Notes: generated by a model from the sequence alone, not told the origin. Counted from the first letter of the stretch, positions 1 through 10,662 are shown. The stretch is DNA of 64,000 bases from a bacterium (GCA_021158245.1 JAGGVB010000065.1:6757-70756), one strand, 5' to 3'. Program-made: numbers and translations.

Positions 1-606
1 CATGAGGCCAGGTATTACCTTGGATATGCATATATTAAACTGGATCAAAGAGCAGATGCGTTAACCCAGCTTGAATTTTGCGCAAATTCAAACAGCAGGT
101 TCAAACAAAAAGCCCTGATTGCATTAATAGAATTTTACCGTAAAATAGGACTTAATAAAGAGTGTATCCGTACAGCAAAGAAATATCTGGAATTAAATAC
201 AAAAAACTACTTAACAACCGTATATTTTCATCTTGGATGTGCACTATCTGAGGAACAAAATTTTTCAGAAGCAGATTCTGCTTTTCAAAAATCATTAGCC
301 TGCTCTAACCTGCCGCTTATTAAAGGGATTTACTTTTACAGAGGTTTGAATTCACACAAACAGCAGGAATATATCAAAGCCATAAATTACTATAAAAAGG
401 CTGTTACATTAAACCCGGACGATCCTTACACCTATTACAATCTCGCAATTGTTTATGATGAGTTTTACAAAGATAAAAAACCTGCAATAAAATACTATCA
501 GAAATTTCTTGACTATTGCAAAAACAAAGACGACAACTCTGTTCTGGTTCAGGCTGCAATAAACAGAATCAAATCCCTTAAACAAAAACTCTATTTTAAA
601 AAATAG
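1..606 (+). CDS. TPR repeat protein, C-terminal portion (5' end lies outside the window)
   Basis: Frame 1 is open from base 1 to the stop at 604-606. The TPR-like repeat signature (YYNLAIVY, AINYYKKAVTLNPDD) is present. The 86-aa ORF in the track is just the last Met-initiated piece of this frame. Confidence 0.6.
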   Translation, partial: HEARYYLGYAYIKLDQRADALTQLEFCANSNSRFKQKALIALIEFYRKIGLNKECIRTAKKYLELNTKNYLTTVYFHLGCALSEEQNFSEADSAFQKSLACSNLPLIKGIYFYRGLNSHKQQEYIKAINYYKKAVTLNPDDPYTYYNLAIVYDEFYKDKKPAIKYYQKFLDYCKNKDDNSVLVQAAINRIKSLKQKLYFKK

Positions 607-792
607 ACACGGCTTTAAGAGATGATTGCAATTGTTTTCATGATTGTAGATAATTGGTCTTACAAAGACTTTACCTTGATTTTTTCTTATTACTTTTTAC
701 TATCTTATATTCGGTTGATCCCTGCACCCTTTATTACCAGTAAAAACCATTAGACCGAATAAAAAATACACACATCTGATAAGAGGTGAAAT

Positions 793-1812
793 ATGGGACA
801 AAAAGATAGAAGGCATTTCAAAATATTTATTTTTATTACACTAATCCTTTATTTCCCGATAGTGTCTGTTACTTTTGCTCAGATAGAACAGACATCAGGA
901 TTTTTTTCTCTGAGGAGCCAGTCTCCCATTCAACAGTTACGTGTTGGCCTTCAGCACCATCCTCCCTGGATTGTTCCTGAAGGACAGTGGGCGCTTAATA
1001 TCCAGCATACCTGGAAAAATATGTGGCTGTATAAAGAGGATCTCTACCGCATTGACGGTGAAATTCATGAAACAGTTTTCCGCGGGGCCTATGGTGTGAC
1101 TCCACGCCTTGAAGTAATGGCAGAGGTAGCAGTGCGCCACATCGGAGGCGGTATATTAGATGCACTGAGCGAAGGATTTCACAATACATTCGGCTACACT
1201 CAGGCAGGAAGAGACAAATTTCCCCGCAATCAATTCGCAGTTGAAATTTACCTTCCGGATAAAGATACGACCTTTACTCTAGGTTCCTCAGCTACGGGCT
1301 GGCAAGTCGGGAATCTGATACTTTCAGGCACTTATGCTCTGATAAAAAACCGCAGTAGTAAATTTCATGCTGTAATAACCGGAAATGTTAAACTCCCTAC
1401 TGCCACTACAAAACAACTTTTCGGAAGCCAGAAAATTGATCTGGGGCTTGCTCTGGGACTGGGATATTCAATTTCTCCTCTTCATCTCTATTATAATACT
1501 GGTTTTCTGTACTACGGAGATAAAGAAATTATGGGCCTTGAATTACGCCAATGGCATCTCAGCACTTTGATTGCCTTTGAATATCACCGTCCCGGAACCA
1601 GCCATTCCTGGATTTTTCAGGGACTTGTAGAGAGCGGCGTTGCCAAATACTATAATGAATTTGACAAGCGCACCTTTGAAATAGTACTGGGATACAAACA
1701 CTACTTTAAATCAGGCTGGACATTCGGCGTCGGTATTTTGGAGAATATTTTTTATTATGATAACAGCCCGGACGTAGCGTTTCATTTTGAATTAACCCGA
1801 TTATTTAAGTAA
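793..1812 (+). CDS. hypothetical secreted protein, possible outer-membrane beta-barrel
   Basis: Good SD (AGAGGTGA) 6 nt upstream of the ATG. N-terminal signal peptide (hydrophobic stretch ending VTFAQ). Composition is beta-rich with alternating aromatic and Gly residues. No recognisable catalytic motif. Confidence 0.5.
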   Translation: MGQKDRRHFKIFIFITLILYFPIVSVTFAQIEQTSGFFSLRSQSPIQQLRVGLQHHPPWIVPEGQWALNIQHTWKNMWLYKEDLYRIDGEIHETVFRGAYGVTPRLEVMAEVAVRHIGGGILDALSEGFHNTFGYTQAGRDKFPRNQFAVEIYLPDKDTTFTLGSSATGWQVGNLILSGTYALIKNRSSKFHAVITGNVKLPTATTKQLFGSQKIDLGLALGLGYSISPLHLYYNTGFLYYGDKEIMGLELRQWHLSTLIAFEYHRPGTSHSWIFQGLVESGVAKYYNEFDKRTFEIVLGYKHYFKSGWTFGVGILENIFYYDNSPDVAFHFELTRLFK

Positions 1813-1973
1813 AACACTAATAAAGGTATAATCTACGAAATAAGAAATAATCGCTCTTAGGTCTGTCTGAAAACTAAGTTACTACATTCCCATGCCTTAT
1901 TTGTATAAACAGCACTGATGATTTACACGGAAACTTTATTCTGAAATTCAACAAATAATTATGGGTTAATTTT

Positions 1974-3080
1974 ATGAGAAAATCACACCTGTACAACAGC
2001 ATTATATTCCTTCCCCTCTTGTTCCTGATTCTGCTTCTTTCATATTGTGATTTGTTCCAGGGAGATTCCGATGACAATACAGACGATGGACTAAACTGGA
2101 TCACCGGGACATCATCATCTGTTGAAAAAGAGACATACTATGTCTCTGTAAGCGGAGATGACAGTTCAGACGGGAAAAGTATAGACAGACCGCTAAAGAC
2201 TCTTGCTGCTGCCTTAAGAAAAATTAAACCTGGCGGAAAAATCTTAATCCTGCCCGGAACATTTTATGAAAGCCTCGGTATGCAGAATTTTGGCAGCAAA
2301 ATTGATACAATTACAATTGCAGGGTTCAATGGACTGCCTGTTATAGATGGCGGAAATAAAAAGACCATGGGTATTTTTGCAACAGATTGCATAAATCTGA
2401 TTTTTCAGAACCTCCTGTTCCGGAATTTTACCGATGCGGGACTGGTTGTATCTGCATGTGACGGCATTATAATAAAGGATGTTATTGTAAAGGATAACGG
2501 ACATGCAGTAAAGTTGATTGATTGGGAATTTGAAGGATACGGAATTCATGTGGAAAATTCAAAACATGTGCTGATAGAAGGAGTCGAAGCGTATGGAAAC
2601 GGTCCTCATCCGAAAAAGACAAAAGATATTTTACTTGGCACAGGGATAAATACATACGGAAATGAGGATATAATCATACGAAATAATTCAAGTCATCACA
2701 ATACTGGCGGAGGTTTGTTGATTGAAGACAGTTATGACGTTTTGGCGGAAGGCAATATTCTATACGATAATGACTGTGATGCCAGCGCGGATGAATGGTG
2801 GGATGCAGGTTTATGGTTAGACGGCGGTAAAAACGTGACACTAAGGAACAATCTCTGCTATAATAATCTTGGCGCAGGTATTGAGGTCAGTGACGAAGAC
2901 CGGCAGTCTCCCACAGGATATGTTCTGGAAAACAATATTTGCAGAAATAACTATTTTGGTATATTTGTCTGGAATTTTGGTACGTTGGACTGGCCGGATC
3001 AAGAGGTGATTAAACTGTCAGGGAATCAGTTTTCAGATAATTTACGGAAAGATGTATGGATAGTGGACTGGATGGAATAG
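1974..3080 (+). CDS. right-handed parallel beta-helix repeat protein, pectin-lyase fold, probable lipoprotein
   Basis: N-terminal signal with a Cys (LLLSYC) followed by an Asp-rich linker. Repeated N-x-x-x-N and G-x-G-I motifs (NNSSHHNTGGGLLIED, NNLCYNNLGAGIEVSD) are typical of PbH1 repeats. Confidence 0.55.
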   Translation: MRKSHLYNSIIFLPLLFLILLLSYCDLFQGDSDDNTDDGLNWITGTSSSVEKETYYVSVSGDDSSDGKSIDRPLKTLAAALRKIKPGGKILILPGTFYESLGMQNFGSKIDTITIAGFNGLPVIDGGNKKTMGIFATDCINLIFQNLLFRNFTDAGLVVSACDGIIIKDVIVKDNGHAVKLIDWEFEGYGIHVENSKHVLIEGVEAYGNGPHPKKTKDILLGTGINTYGNEDIIIRNNSSHHNTGGGLLIEDSYDVLAEGNILYDNDCDASADEWWDAGLWLDGGKNVTLRNNLCYNNLGAGIEVSDEDRQSPTGYVLENNICRNNYFGIFVWNFGTLDWPDQEVIKLSGNQFSDNLRKDVWIVDWME

Positions 3081-3125
3081 TTAAAATACATCAATAAATG
3101 TAAACCAGTTATTCTTAATAATCAG

Positions 3126-3146
3126 ATTGTTCTTTTATAGAACAAT
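3126..3146 (+). terminator. weak AT-rich hairpin downstream of the beta-helix gene
   Basis: attgttct-tttat-agaacaat forms a perfect 8-bp stem followed by only TT. It is a low-stability candidate terminator. Confidence 0.2.
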
Positions 3147-3380
3147 TTAAGAATCAACCCGCTTTATTAAGGCATTCAATTATTTCCGTTTTCTTAAAAT
3201 AATTTCTCCGGAGTTTGCAAAATCTTCCTATTAAAATACAGTAGAACGATATTTGAAAATATCTGCTTTTACTCTGAATTTATTCCCGATTTTTTAATAT
3301 TTTTATATCTTTTATGCAAAAAATTTCTTACCTTAACCAGCTTGAAAATTAATGAGTTTTAGAAGACAGAAAAGGATCTA

Positions 3381-5186
3381 ATGAGAAAAAAGAATATTCG
3401 TAATATAGCGATAATTGCACATGTGGATCACGGAAAAACCACACTTGTTGACGGAATGTTAAAACAGAGCGGCATATACCGTGACAATGAGACAATTACC
3501 GAACGGGTTATGGATTCCATGGATCTTGAACGTGAGAGAGGTATCACAATTATGGCTAAAAATACTGCTGTGCGGTATGGCAGTATTAAGATTAACATTG
3601 TTGACACACCTGGCCATGCGGACTTTGGCGGAGAAGTTGAACGGAGCCTCAATCTCGTTGACGGAGCAATACTCCTTGTTGATGCCAGCGAGGGCCCTCT
3701 GCCTCAAACACGTTTTGTTGTTAAAAAAGCTCTTGATAAAAAACTGCCGATCATTCTTGTAATTAACAAAATTGACCGCTCAGACCAGCGTATTGAAGAA
3801 GTAATTAATGAAGTTTATGACTTGTTTATTGATTTGGATGCTTCTGAAGATCAGATAGATTTTCCTGTTCTATACACCAATGCCAAGGCGGGAATAGCAC
3901 ATTTAAAGCACGGAGATGATTCAGAAAACCTCAAGCCGCTGTTTGAAACCATTATCAGTAAAATCCCCGGTCCGGAGACGGATGATGAGGCGATTCCCCA
4001 ATTTCTTGTCACAAACCTGTCTTATGATTCATATGTGGGCCAGATTGCAGTAGGCCGTCTTTTTAATGGTACTCTGGAACTGGGTAAGCAGTACAGCCAT
4101 TGTACAAAAAAGGAAGTAGTGAAAGGTGTCAAATTTTCAGCTCTCTATACTTTTGAAAATCTCAAACGCAAGGACACACAAAAAGCTGAAGCCGGTGATA
4201 TTATTGCTCTTGCAGGTGTTGATAATATTGAAATCGGTGATACTATCAGCGACCTGGAGAATCCAAAGCCTTTGGAGCGCATTCATATAGACGAACCTAC
4301 ACTCTCAATGATTTTTTATGTTAATAAAAGCCCTTTTGCCGGAACCGAAGGCCAATTCCTGACCTCACGCCATATCAGAGAAAGACTGTACAGAGAGACA
4401 CTTGGAAATATGGCCATAAATGTAGAAGATACTGAACGCCATGATGCATTTGAGGTTTTCGGCAGAGGCGAACTTCAGATGGCTGTACTTATTGAGACAA
4501 TGCGGCGTGAAGGATATGAATTTGCAGTATCAAAGCCCAAGGTCGTTACAAAAATAATTGACGATAAAAAATGCGAACCTGTAGAACATGTGTTTATTGA
4601 TGTTCCTGAAGTTTATGTGGGTGTAATAACTGAAAAACTCGCCGTACGTAAAGGCCGTATGATTAACATGGTTAACCACGGCCACGGCCGTTATGATCTT
4701 GAGTTCCTGATCCCCGCAAGAGGGCTCATAGGCTTCCGCAGCCAATTTCTAACAGACACCAAAGGTTCCGGTATAATGAATTCAATTCTTAACGGTTACG
4801 AACCCTGGTTCGGGCCAATACCGCAACGAACAACAGGCGCTCTTGTTGCTGACAGAGTAGGCCGTGTAACTAATTACGCCAGGTTGGCAATGGTAGACAG
4901 AGGCACCCTGTTTGTAAAAACAGGAACGCAAGTCTACGAGGGAATGATTATAGGCGAACGAAACCGCACTGCAGACCTGTACGTTAATATAACAAAAGAG
5001 AAAAAACTGACCAACATGCGCAGTTCAACTTCTGAAGCCACAGTAACATTAAGGCCTCCTACTATGCTGTCCCTTGATCAGGCAATTGAATTCATTGCAG
5101 AAGATGAGCTTGTAGAAGTTACACCGCAGAATATAAGGCTTGCAAAAATGATTCGGGAAAGAAAAAAACGAGGGCCAAAAATATAA
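3381..5186 (+). CDS. typA: translational GTPase TypA/BipA
   Basis: G1 motif [18 protein letters not shown] and NKIDR motifs, length 601 aa, and a C-terminal region typical of BipA. Confidence 0.95.
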   Translation: MRKKNIRNIAIIAHVDHGKTTLVDGMLKQSGIYRDNETITERVMDSMDLERERGITIMAKNTAVRYGSIKINIVDTPGHADFGGEVERSLNLVDGAILLVDASEGPLPQTRFVVKKALDKKLPIILVINKIDRSDQRIEEVINEVYDLFIDLDASEDQIDFPVLYTNAKAGIAHLKHGDDSENLKPLFETIISKIPGPETDDEAIPQFLVTNLSYDSYVGQIAVGRLFNGTLELGKQYSHCTKKEVVKGVKFSALYTFENLKRKDTQKAEAGDIIALAGVDNIEIGDTISDLENPKPLERIHIDEPTLSMIFYVNKSPFAGTEGQFLTSRHIRERLYRETLGNMAINVEDTERHDAFEVFGRGELQMAVLIETMRREGYEFAVSKPKVVTKIIDDKKCEPVEHVFIDVPEVYVGVITEKLAVRKGRMINMVNHGHGRYDLEFLIPARGLIGFRSQFLTDTKGSGIMNSILNGYEPWFGPIPQRTTGALVADRVGRVTNYARLAMVDRGTLFVKTGTQVYEGMIIGERNRTADLYVNITKEKKLTNMRSSTSEATVTLRPPTMLSLDQAIEFIAEDELVEVTPQNIRLAKMIRERKKRGPKI

Positions 5187-5304
5187 ATCCTAACTTCAAC
5201 GCACATTAAAAATTAATTTGAATAGCAATTTTCTTTTGACAATGTAAATAAAAATTCACAACTCAGATTCCAATAAGCAATAACTAAAAAACGAAAAATC
5301 CATG

Positions 5305-5892
5305 TTAAAACGCCCTAAAATATTTTTTATCTGCAATATCTAACATTTGCTTATCGCCTTTACTGTCACCATATACATAAATACTGTTATATTCGGAAAG
5401 ATTATATTTTTCCTTAATTCTATTCAATTTTTCATTACCATAGCAATTTTTACCAGCAAGCTTCCCTGTTATTCTGTTTTTTTTTACTTCAAGCATAGTT
5501 GAAATAAGATCAATATCGTTCTTGCTGCACCATGCTTTTAAATAACACTCCAACGAAGCAGAAACAATCACAACTTTATGATTTTTCTGCTTATGCCACT
5601 TAATTTTTTCTATCGCCCTGCTATTTACAATTTTATCTATTTCATTTATTGAATATTGATTGGCTATGTTCTGTAAATAATCTATTTCCCAATTTTTAAA
5701 AAAATAGGCAATCAATTTTTCTTTTGCAATAAAATTCGGGATTATTTTCAGCTTATATGCTGCAAGCACAGGAGTCAATAAAATTAAACCTGAATAATAA
5801 TTCTTTTTGCCAACTGAATACTTTATAAAATCAGGGAAACTATCTTTCCCCGTTACAGTACCATCAAAATCAAAAAATGCTATATCTGTCAT
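5305..5892 (-). CDS. HAD-IB family phosphatase
   Basis: HAD motif I DFDGT at residues 8-12 and motif IV GDSKGD near the C-terminus. Last gene of the arabinose-type operon. Confidence 0.7.
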   Translation of the reverse strand: MTDIAFFDFDGTVTGKDSFPDFIKYSVGKKNYYSGLILLTPVLAAYKLKIIPNFIAKEKLIAYFFKNWEIDYLQNIANQYSINEIDKIVNSRAIEKIKWHKQKNHKVVIVSASLECYLKAWCSKNDIDLISTMLEVKKNRITGKLAGKNCYGNEKLNRIKEKYNLSEYNSIYVYGDSKGDKQMLDIADKKYFRAF

Positions 5893-5894
5893 GC

Positions 5895-7334
5895 CTACTT
5901 CTTTAGGTTATTCTTTTTATCGTCTTCCGGAGTATAGGAATACAATACACCGCATGCCTCATAATGGCTTATTTTATAAACCTGCCGCAGACCCTTATTT
6001 TTCAGTAACTCAGATTGTGCTATATTATCTCCATGTGCATCAAGCACCCAGAAAGAGTCAGGTAAAAAACCGCTGTTGTAATCCGACTGCAGGCTGTCAA
6101 TACTATATATATGAAAATCCATACCCAACATATCTGCATAAGTACTATACCCATACCCGTTGAAAACAATATCAAACATGGGTATTTTGTTATTAATTTT
6201 ATTGGCATCTACAAAAACTTCACGCCATTGCTCCTTGTTTATCTTATTATAATAGCCCATATAATATAATTGGAATATTGATAAAAAAACGATTATTGCA
6301 ACTATTATTTCGCCTTGTTTTTTTGTTCCAATTAAATAAACTCCAAATGCAAGGAACACTATGATTGCTGGAACGACAATAATGGTGTTTCTTACTGTCA
6401 GGATAGGGACTGATATGACGCTCTCTAAATAGGGCAAAATATACCCGCTCCCAATCCAGATTAAAAGTATTATTGTTTTAAATTTAAAATCTGTTTTATC
6501 ACGTTTATTAAACAGGGAAAAGAGACTAATTAATGAAACATAAAAATAAACTATAATTAAATAAACATTTCTAAAATAATACTTTATATAATACACAACA
6601 AAGGCAGGGGGAGGACAAATAATCCAAAAACTCTTTCTTGATAAATTTCTAAGTAAATTCTTTCTTAGTGGAAGCAAAGAAATAATAATTGCTAATAATG
6701 CAATTCCAGCAACTACAATTAAGTATTTTTGTTTTTCTTTTAATTTAACCCAATAAAGTGTATAAATAAAAAACTGCGCAATTAAAACATAAAACCCAAA
6801 ATAGTGCGTATAAATCATTAAAATAGTAATTAATAAATATAATGAAATATACTTTCTCTTAAATTTTTTGATAAATTTAAAGAAATATATAAAAGATAAA
6901 ACCGTTAGCAAAAACAATAAACTATAAGATCTTACTTCCTGAGAAAAATAGATTAAAAATACATTCGTTGAGGCAATAATTAATGAATATAAACCCACTT
7001 TCTTATTATAGATTTCTTTTCCCAAAAAATACATACAAATAACACCTAATGAACCAATAAAAGTGGACAAACTCCTTCCTGAAAATTCGGAAAATCCAAA
7101 AATTTTATACCAGCCATAAAGTATCAATTGATATAACGGTGGATGCACTCCAACGTTAACTAGTTCCTTCCACACACTTAATAATGTTTTATCCGGATTA
7201 CTTACAGTTGCACTATACAACTCATCTAACCAGTAACTTTGAAAAGTCAGACCTTTAAATCTTAGAATAATACCAAGAAATATAAAAATAAATAGAATTA
7301 TACTATTTTTTTTATCTTGTATAAATTTTGTCAT
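5895..7334 (-). CDS. GT-C fold membrane glycosyltransferase (ArnT/PMT, GT83/39-like); candidate lipid-linked arabinofuranosyltransferase
   Basis: About 12 TM segments. An acidic motif in the first periplasmic loop (YWLDELYSA) and an HPPLY motif are characteristic of the ArnT/PMT_2 family. Sits directly downstream of the DprE2-like gene. Confidence 0.65.
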   Translation of the reverse strand: MTKFIQDKKNSIILFIFIFLGIILRFKGLTFQSYWLDELYSATVSNPDKTLLSVWKELVNVGVHPPLYQLILYGWYKIFGFSEFSGRSLSTFIGSLGVICMYFLGKEIYNKKVGLYSLIIASTNVFLIYFSQEVRSYSLLFLLTVLSFIYFFKFIKKFKRKYISLYLLITILMIYTHYFGFYVLIAQFFIYTLYWVKLKEKQKYLIVVAGIALLAIIISLLPLRKNLLRNLSRKSFWIICPPPAFVVYYIKYYFRNVYLIIVYFYVSLISLFSLFNKRDKTDFKFKTIILLIWIGSGYILPYLESVISVPILTVRNTIIVVPAIIVFLAFGVYLIGTKKQGEIIVAIIVFLSIFQLYYMGYYNKINKEQWREVFVDANKINNKIPMFDIVFNGYGYSTYADMLGMDFHIYSIDSLQSDYNSGFLPDSFWVLDAHGDNIAQSELLKNKGLRQVYKISHYEACGVLYSYTPEDDKKNNLKK

Positions 7335-7357
7335 TACATTAGAAATTCTAAATTCTC

Positions 7358-8089
7358 CTAAATGTTCATTTTCTTAAATTGGGACTCAGGAATTAACTTA
7401 ATAACAAACATTATCCACTTCCAAAGCCATTTAGTATATAGAATGTTTGCACCTTTTTGCTGTGCCCGGAAAATATCCTTTGCAACATCTAAAGGTTCAG
7501 CTGTAATGGCCGCTGGCAAATCCATTCCTGCAGTCATCTTTGTGTTAACAAATCCGGGTTTTACTGTAAGTACCTGAACATTCGCTTCACAGAGCCTGTT
7601 TCGAAGCCCTGATAAATATGCAGTAAAACCTGCCTTAGCAGAACCATATGTATAATTGCTTTTCCTGCCTCTGTCACCTGCAACAGAACTTATACCGACA
7701 ATGAACCCTTTTTGCCGTTTTTCAAAATCATTGGCAATAATATTAAAAAGCCCGACAATACCCGTAAAATTAGTGCCAATAATAGTACGGACTTCATCAA
7801 AATTTTCCTGGGATTTTCCCTGGTCACCAAGATATCCGACTGCAGAAATTACCCCTTCGGGCTTTTCAGGCAAGCCCTCATAAAAACCGGATAAAGCACC
7901 ATATTTCAGCACATCAAATTCAATTAGCTTAACATTAACCTGCCATCGTATTTTTATATCTTTTGAAAATGGTTCCAGCTCATGCACATTTCGGGCAGCA
8001 AGATATAGATTGTATCCATTACTGGCATATGTGCGTGCAACTGCTTTTGCAATATCACTCTTAGCACCAACTATTAATATATAGCTCAT
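7358..8089 (-). CDS. SDR family oxidoreductase, DprE2-like (decaprenylphospho-2-keto-ribose reductase homolog)
   Basis: Rossmann motif IVGAKSDIAKAV and S...YxxxK (ISSVAGDRGRKSNYTYGSAKAG). The C-terminal tail resembles Rv3791. Start moved to the internal ATG at 8087-8089, which abuts the stop of the upstream gene (8091-8093). Confidence 0.75.
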   Translation of the reverse strand: MSYILIVGAKSDIAKAVARTYASNGYNLYLAARNVHELEPFSKDIKIRWQVNVKLIEFDVLKYGALSGFYEGLPEKPEGVISAVGYLGDQGKSQENFDEVRTIIGTNFTGIVGLFNIIANDFEKRQKGFIVGISSVAGDRGRKSNYTYGSAKAGFTAYLSGLRNRLCEANVQVLTVKPGFVNTKMTAGMDLPAAITAEPLDVAKDIFRAQQKGANILYTKWLWKWIMFVIKLIPESQFKKMNI

Positions 8090-8090
8090 A

Positions 8091-9389
8091 TTAAATACCC
8101 ACTCTTTTTGATTGTAGAGAATTAAATTTTTCATCAAGGCCGTATTTCTCCCGAACAGCCCTGAACTTATCAATGTGGGGATATCCTTTCTCAAATATTT
8201 CCCGGGTCACTCGTACATCCTTTGTAAGATAAATCCTTCCGCCATATTCAACAACTATTTTATCAAGCTCGTCCAACAGATCAAACAACCCTTTTTCAAT
8301 TTTAAAATCCAGTGCAAGACTGTATCCCTCAACAGGAAATGACAGATAATTTTCATTAGCTTTTCCATACAACTTCAACACCGCCAGAAAAGATCCTTTC
8401 CCTGATTTTGCAATGGTCCCGAGAATTCTTTCAAGGCCCTCATAACTTTTAGATTTTGGTAAAATAAACTGATACTGCGTAAATCCTTTTTTCCCATAAA
8501 TCCGATTCCAATTACGTATTGCATCCAATGGATAAAAAAATGTATCAACATCAACTGTTACTGGCTTTTTATGCTGCATAGCTTTTAAATAATAAAACCA
8601 GTTGAATGCTTTTACAGTATAGCGGTTAAGGGCAAATGACGGGAACATAAACGGAACATTTAGACTGAAAGGAGGTTTATAATCCAATTTGCCGTCTTTT
8701 TTAAAATCGCCTGCCATAAGAACACATCTACCGATTTTCTTCCCTTTTGCAAGGCAGTCTATCCACGCCACAGAATAGGGTACAGAATGATATTTCTCGA
8801 ATGCATCAAAGGTTTCTTTTAGATTTTTAGTCTTTACTGTTATCTGATCTATATATTTTGACTGCACTTTTTTTAATACAATTTCAGCATCTATAATAAT
8901 GCCTGTAAGGCCCATTCCTCCGCACGTAGCATTAAATAATTCAACATTCTGCTCTCTTGAACAAGTAACTATTTCACCTGTAGCAATCATCAAATTAAAC
9001 TCTTTTACACATGAACTGAAACATCCTTCCACATGGTGATTCTTTCCATGCACATCACTGGCAATGGCTCCTCCCACTGTTATTAATTTGGTGCCCGGGG
9101 TAACTGAAAGGAACCATCCCCGGGGAAGAAACACAGAAATGATATCCGCAAGAAGGACACCTGCCTGGCACCGCAGGACACCTGTATTCTCATCAAAATC
9201 CAGCATCAAGTTAAATAATCTTGTATCAATAACATTTTTACTGAGTGCACTATCGCCATAGCTCCTTCCATTACCATAGGGCATAATTTCATCATTATTA
9301 ATTACAATGTTTTTAAGGCCCTCAATATCCTCAAATGCAAATGCAGTGTTATCTATTGAGGGATAATTACCCCAGCTTCCAAGACTCAT
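8091..9389 (-). CDS. FAD-binding oxidase, DprE1-like (decaprenylphosphoryl-ribose 2'-oxidase homolog)
   Basis: Strong motif match to DprE1: YGNGRSYGDSA, PGTKLITVGGAIASDVHGKNHH, GFTQYQFILP and GGRIYLTKDVR. Confidence 0.8.
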   Translation of the reverse strand: MSLGSWGNYPSIDNTAFAFEDIEGLKNIVINNDEIMPYGNGRSYGDSALSKNVIDTRLFNLMLDFDENTGVLRCQAGVLLADIISVFLPRGWFLSVTPGTKLITVGGAIASDVHGKNHHVEGCFSSCVKEFNLMIATGEIVTCSREQNVELFNATCGGMGLTGIIIDAEIVLKKVQSKYIDQITVKTKNLKETFDAFEKYHSVPYSVAWIDCLAKGKKIGRCVLMAGDFKKDGKLDYKPPFSLNVPFMFPSFALNRYTVKAFNWFYYLKAMQHKKPVTVDVDTFFYPLDAIRNWNRIYGKKGFTQYQFILPKSKSYEGLERILGTIAKSGKGSFLAVLKLYGKANENYLSFPVEGYSLALDFKIEKGLFDLLDELDKIVVEYGGRIYLTKDVRVTREIFEKGYPHIDKFRAVREKYGLDEKFNSLQSKRVGI

Positions 9390-9787
9390 ACTTTCTCTTC
9401 CTTTCCGAAAACAATCCTTTTATCCATCCAATACTTAGCCAAATATCCAACACTCAACCCAACAACAGCACCGTAGTATTTGGCAGAACTATTCTTCAAT
9501 ACTAAATCAAAGCCTATTTCAGTGCACCAAAAAACGCCTGTTGTAACAACACCGTTAAGGGAATACAATATAAATTTTTTTACTGTATCAAAATGACTCC
9601 TTGAAGTGTAGTAAAATATATACCGTTTATCAAGTATATATTTAATAACAAAACCGGCAATTGTACCGCACGCCATTGCAGTATACAGACTGTACGCGCC
9701 GCCATAAGCCAATAGGACTAAATGCTGGGTTAAAATATTTACACCCATGGAGATAATAGCAAAAAATATATATTTAGCTACAATCAT
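9386..9787 (-). CDS. GtrA family membrane protein (lipid-linked sugar translocation; Rv3789-like)
   Basis: 133 aa with 4 predicted TM segments and the GtrA-like motif LDKRYIF. 4-bp overlaps with both neighbours. Confidence 0.6.
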   Translation of the reverse strand: MIVAKYIFFAIISMGVNILTQHLVLLAYGGAYSLYTAMACGTIAGFVIKYILDKRYIFYYTSRSHFDTVKKFILYSLNGVVTTGVFWCTEIGFDLVLKNSSAKYYGAVVGLSVGYLAKYWMDKRIVFGKEEKV

Positions 9788-10662
9788 AAATAGATAATCC
9801 AGATAAATGTTGCTATCCAGATCACCAGAGTTATCTGCATAAATCTATCTTTAAAAAGTACTTTGGTAGGCGACCCGCTGTCTTTAAAAACAAATGTAAT
9901 CTGCATGTAGCGCATTATTCCAAGTACTACAAAAAGGGCCGTCAAATATAAATGATTGCTGCCAAACCGCTCTATCACTTCAGTGGAAGTAGTATATAAT
10001 GTATAGGCCACAATCACTACCGAAGCCATTATAATCATGGTTGCGTTAATGAATTCAAGATTATAACCATCATTAGCCTTACGCATACTTTGGCCAGTAT
10101 CATTCAAAATCAACAGATCATCGCGGCGTTTTGCCAAGGCAATAAATAAGGCCAAAAGAAAAGTTAAAACTACAATCCATTTGGATAGCATAATTCCCGT
10201 AACAGCAGAACCTACAAAAAGCCGAAGCACAAAACCGATAGCAATTATTGTTACATCCATGATTGCTATTTTCTTAATATACAGGCTGTAGGCAATATTC
10301 ATAATGACATATACCCACAATATTATACAGGCATTCCATGACAGAGCAGCCATTACAACACTTCCCACACAAAAAAGCAGCACCATAAGCACAAATGCGT
10401 GTGCCGTTTTCACCGAACCTAATGCCAGGGGGCGGTATCTTTTGGTTGGGTGACGGCGGTCTTCTTCAATATCAAGATAGTCATTTAAGATATATATTGA
10501 ACTTGCTGCTAGTGAAAAAGCAGCAAATGCTACTATTGAATAAATAAATGAAATCTGATGTGTTATTTTAGCAGCAAAAAACAGGGGTAAAAAGATAAAC
10601 AAATTTTTAATATAGTGTTTAACTCTCAGCAGGCTTACATACTGTGACATTTTTTCTTTCAT
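9784..10662 (-). CDS. UbiA-family prenyltransferase; candidate decaprenyl-phosphate 5-phosphoribosyltransferase (Rv3806c-like)
   Basis: 292 aa polytopic membrane protein. Asp-rich motifs (NDYLDIEEDRRHP and KRRDDLLILND) are typical of the UbiA superfamily. First gene of the operon. Confidence 0.75.
   Translation of the reverse strand: MKEKMSQYVSLLRVKHYIKNLFIFLPLFFAAKITHQISFIYSIVAFAAFSLAASSIYILNDYLDIEEDRRHPTKRYRPLALGSVKTAHAFVLMVLLFCVGSVVMAALSWNACIILWVYVIMNIAYSLYIKKIAIMDVTIIAIGFVLRLFVGSAVTGIMLSKWIVVLTFLLALFIALAKRRDDLLILNDTGQSMRKANDGYNLEFINATMIIMASVVIVAYTLYTTSTEVIERFGSNHLYLTALFVVLGIMRYMQITFVFKDSGSPTKVLFKDRFMQITLVIWIATFIWIIYL

Noticed and set aside
346-606. Stand-alone 86-aa TPR ORF
   Set aside because: The same frame is open back to base 1 with continuous TPR-like sequence, so this is the tail of a larger gene entering the window.
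711-769. 7-bp inverted repeat (attcggt ... accgaat) separated by about 45 nt upstream of the 339-aa gene
   Set aside because: Arms are too short and the loop too long to predict a stable structure or operator with any confidence.
8090-8194. Upstream extension of the DprE2-like SDR ORF overlapping the DprE1-like gene by 104 bp
   Set aside because: An internal ATG at 8087-8089 gives a start right before the Rossmann motif and abuts the upstream stop, consistent with the tight coupling seen elsewhere in the operon.
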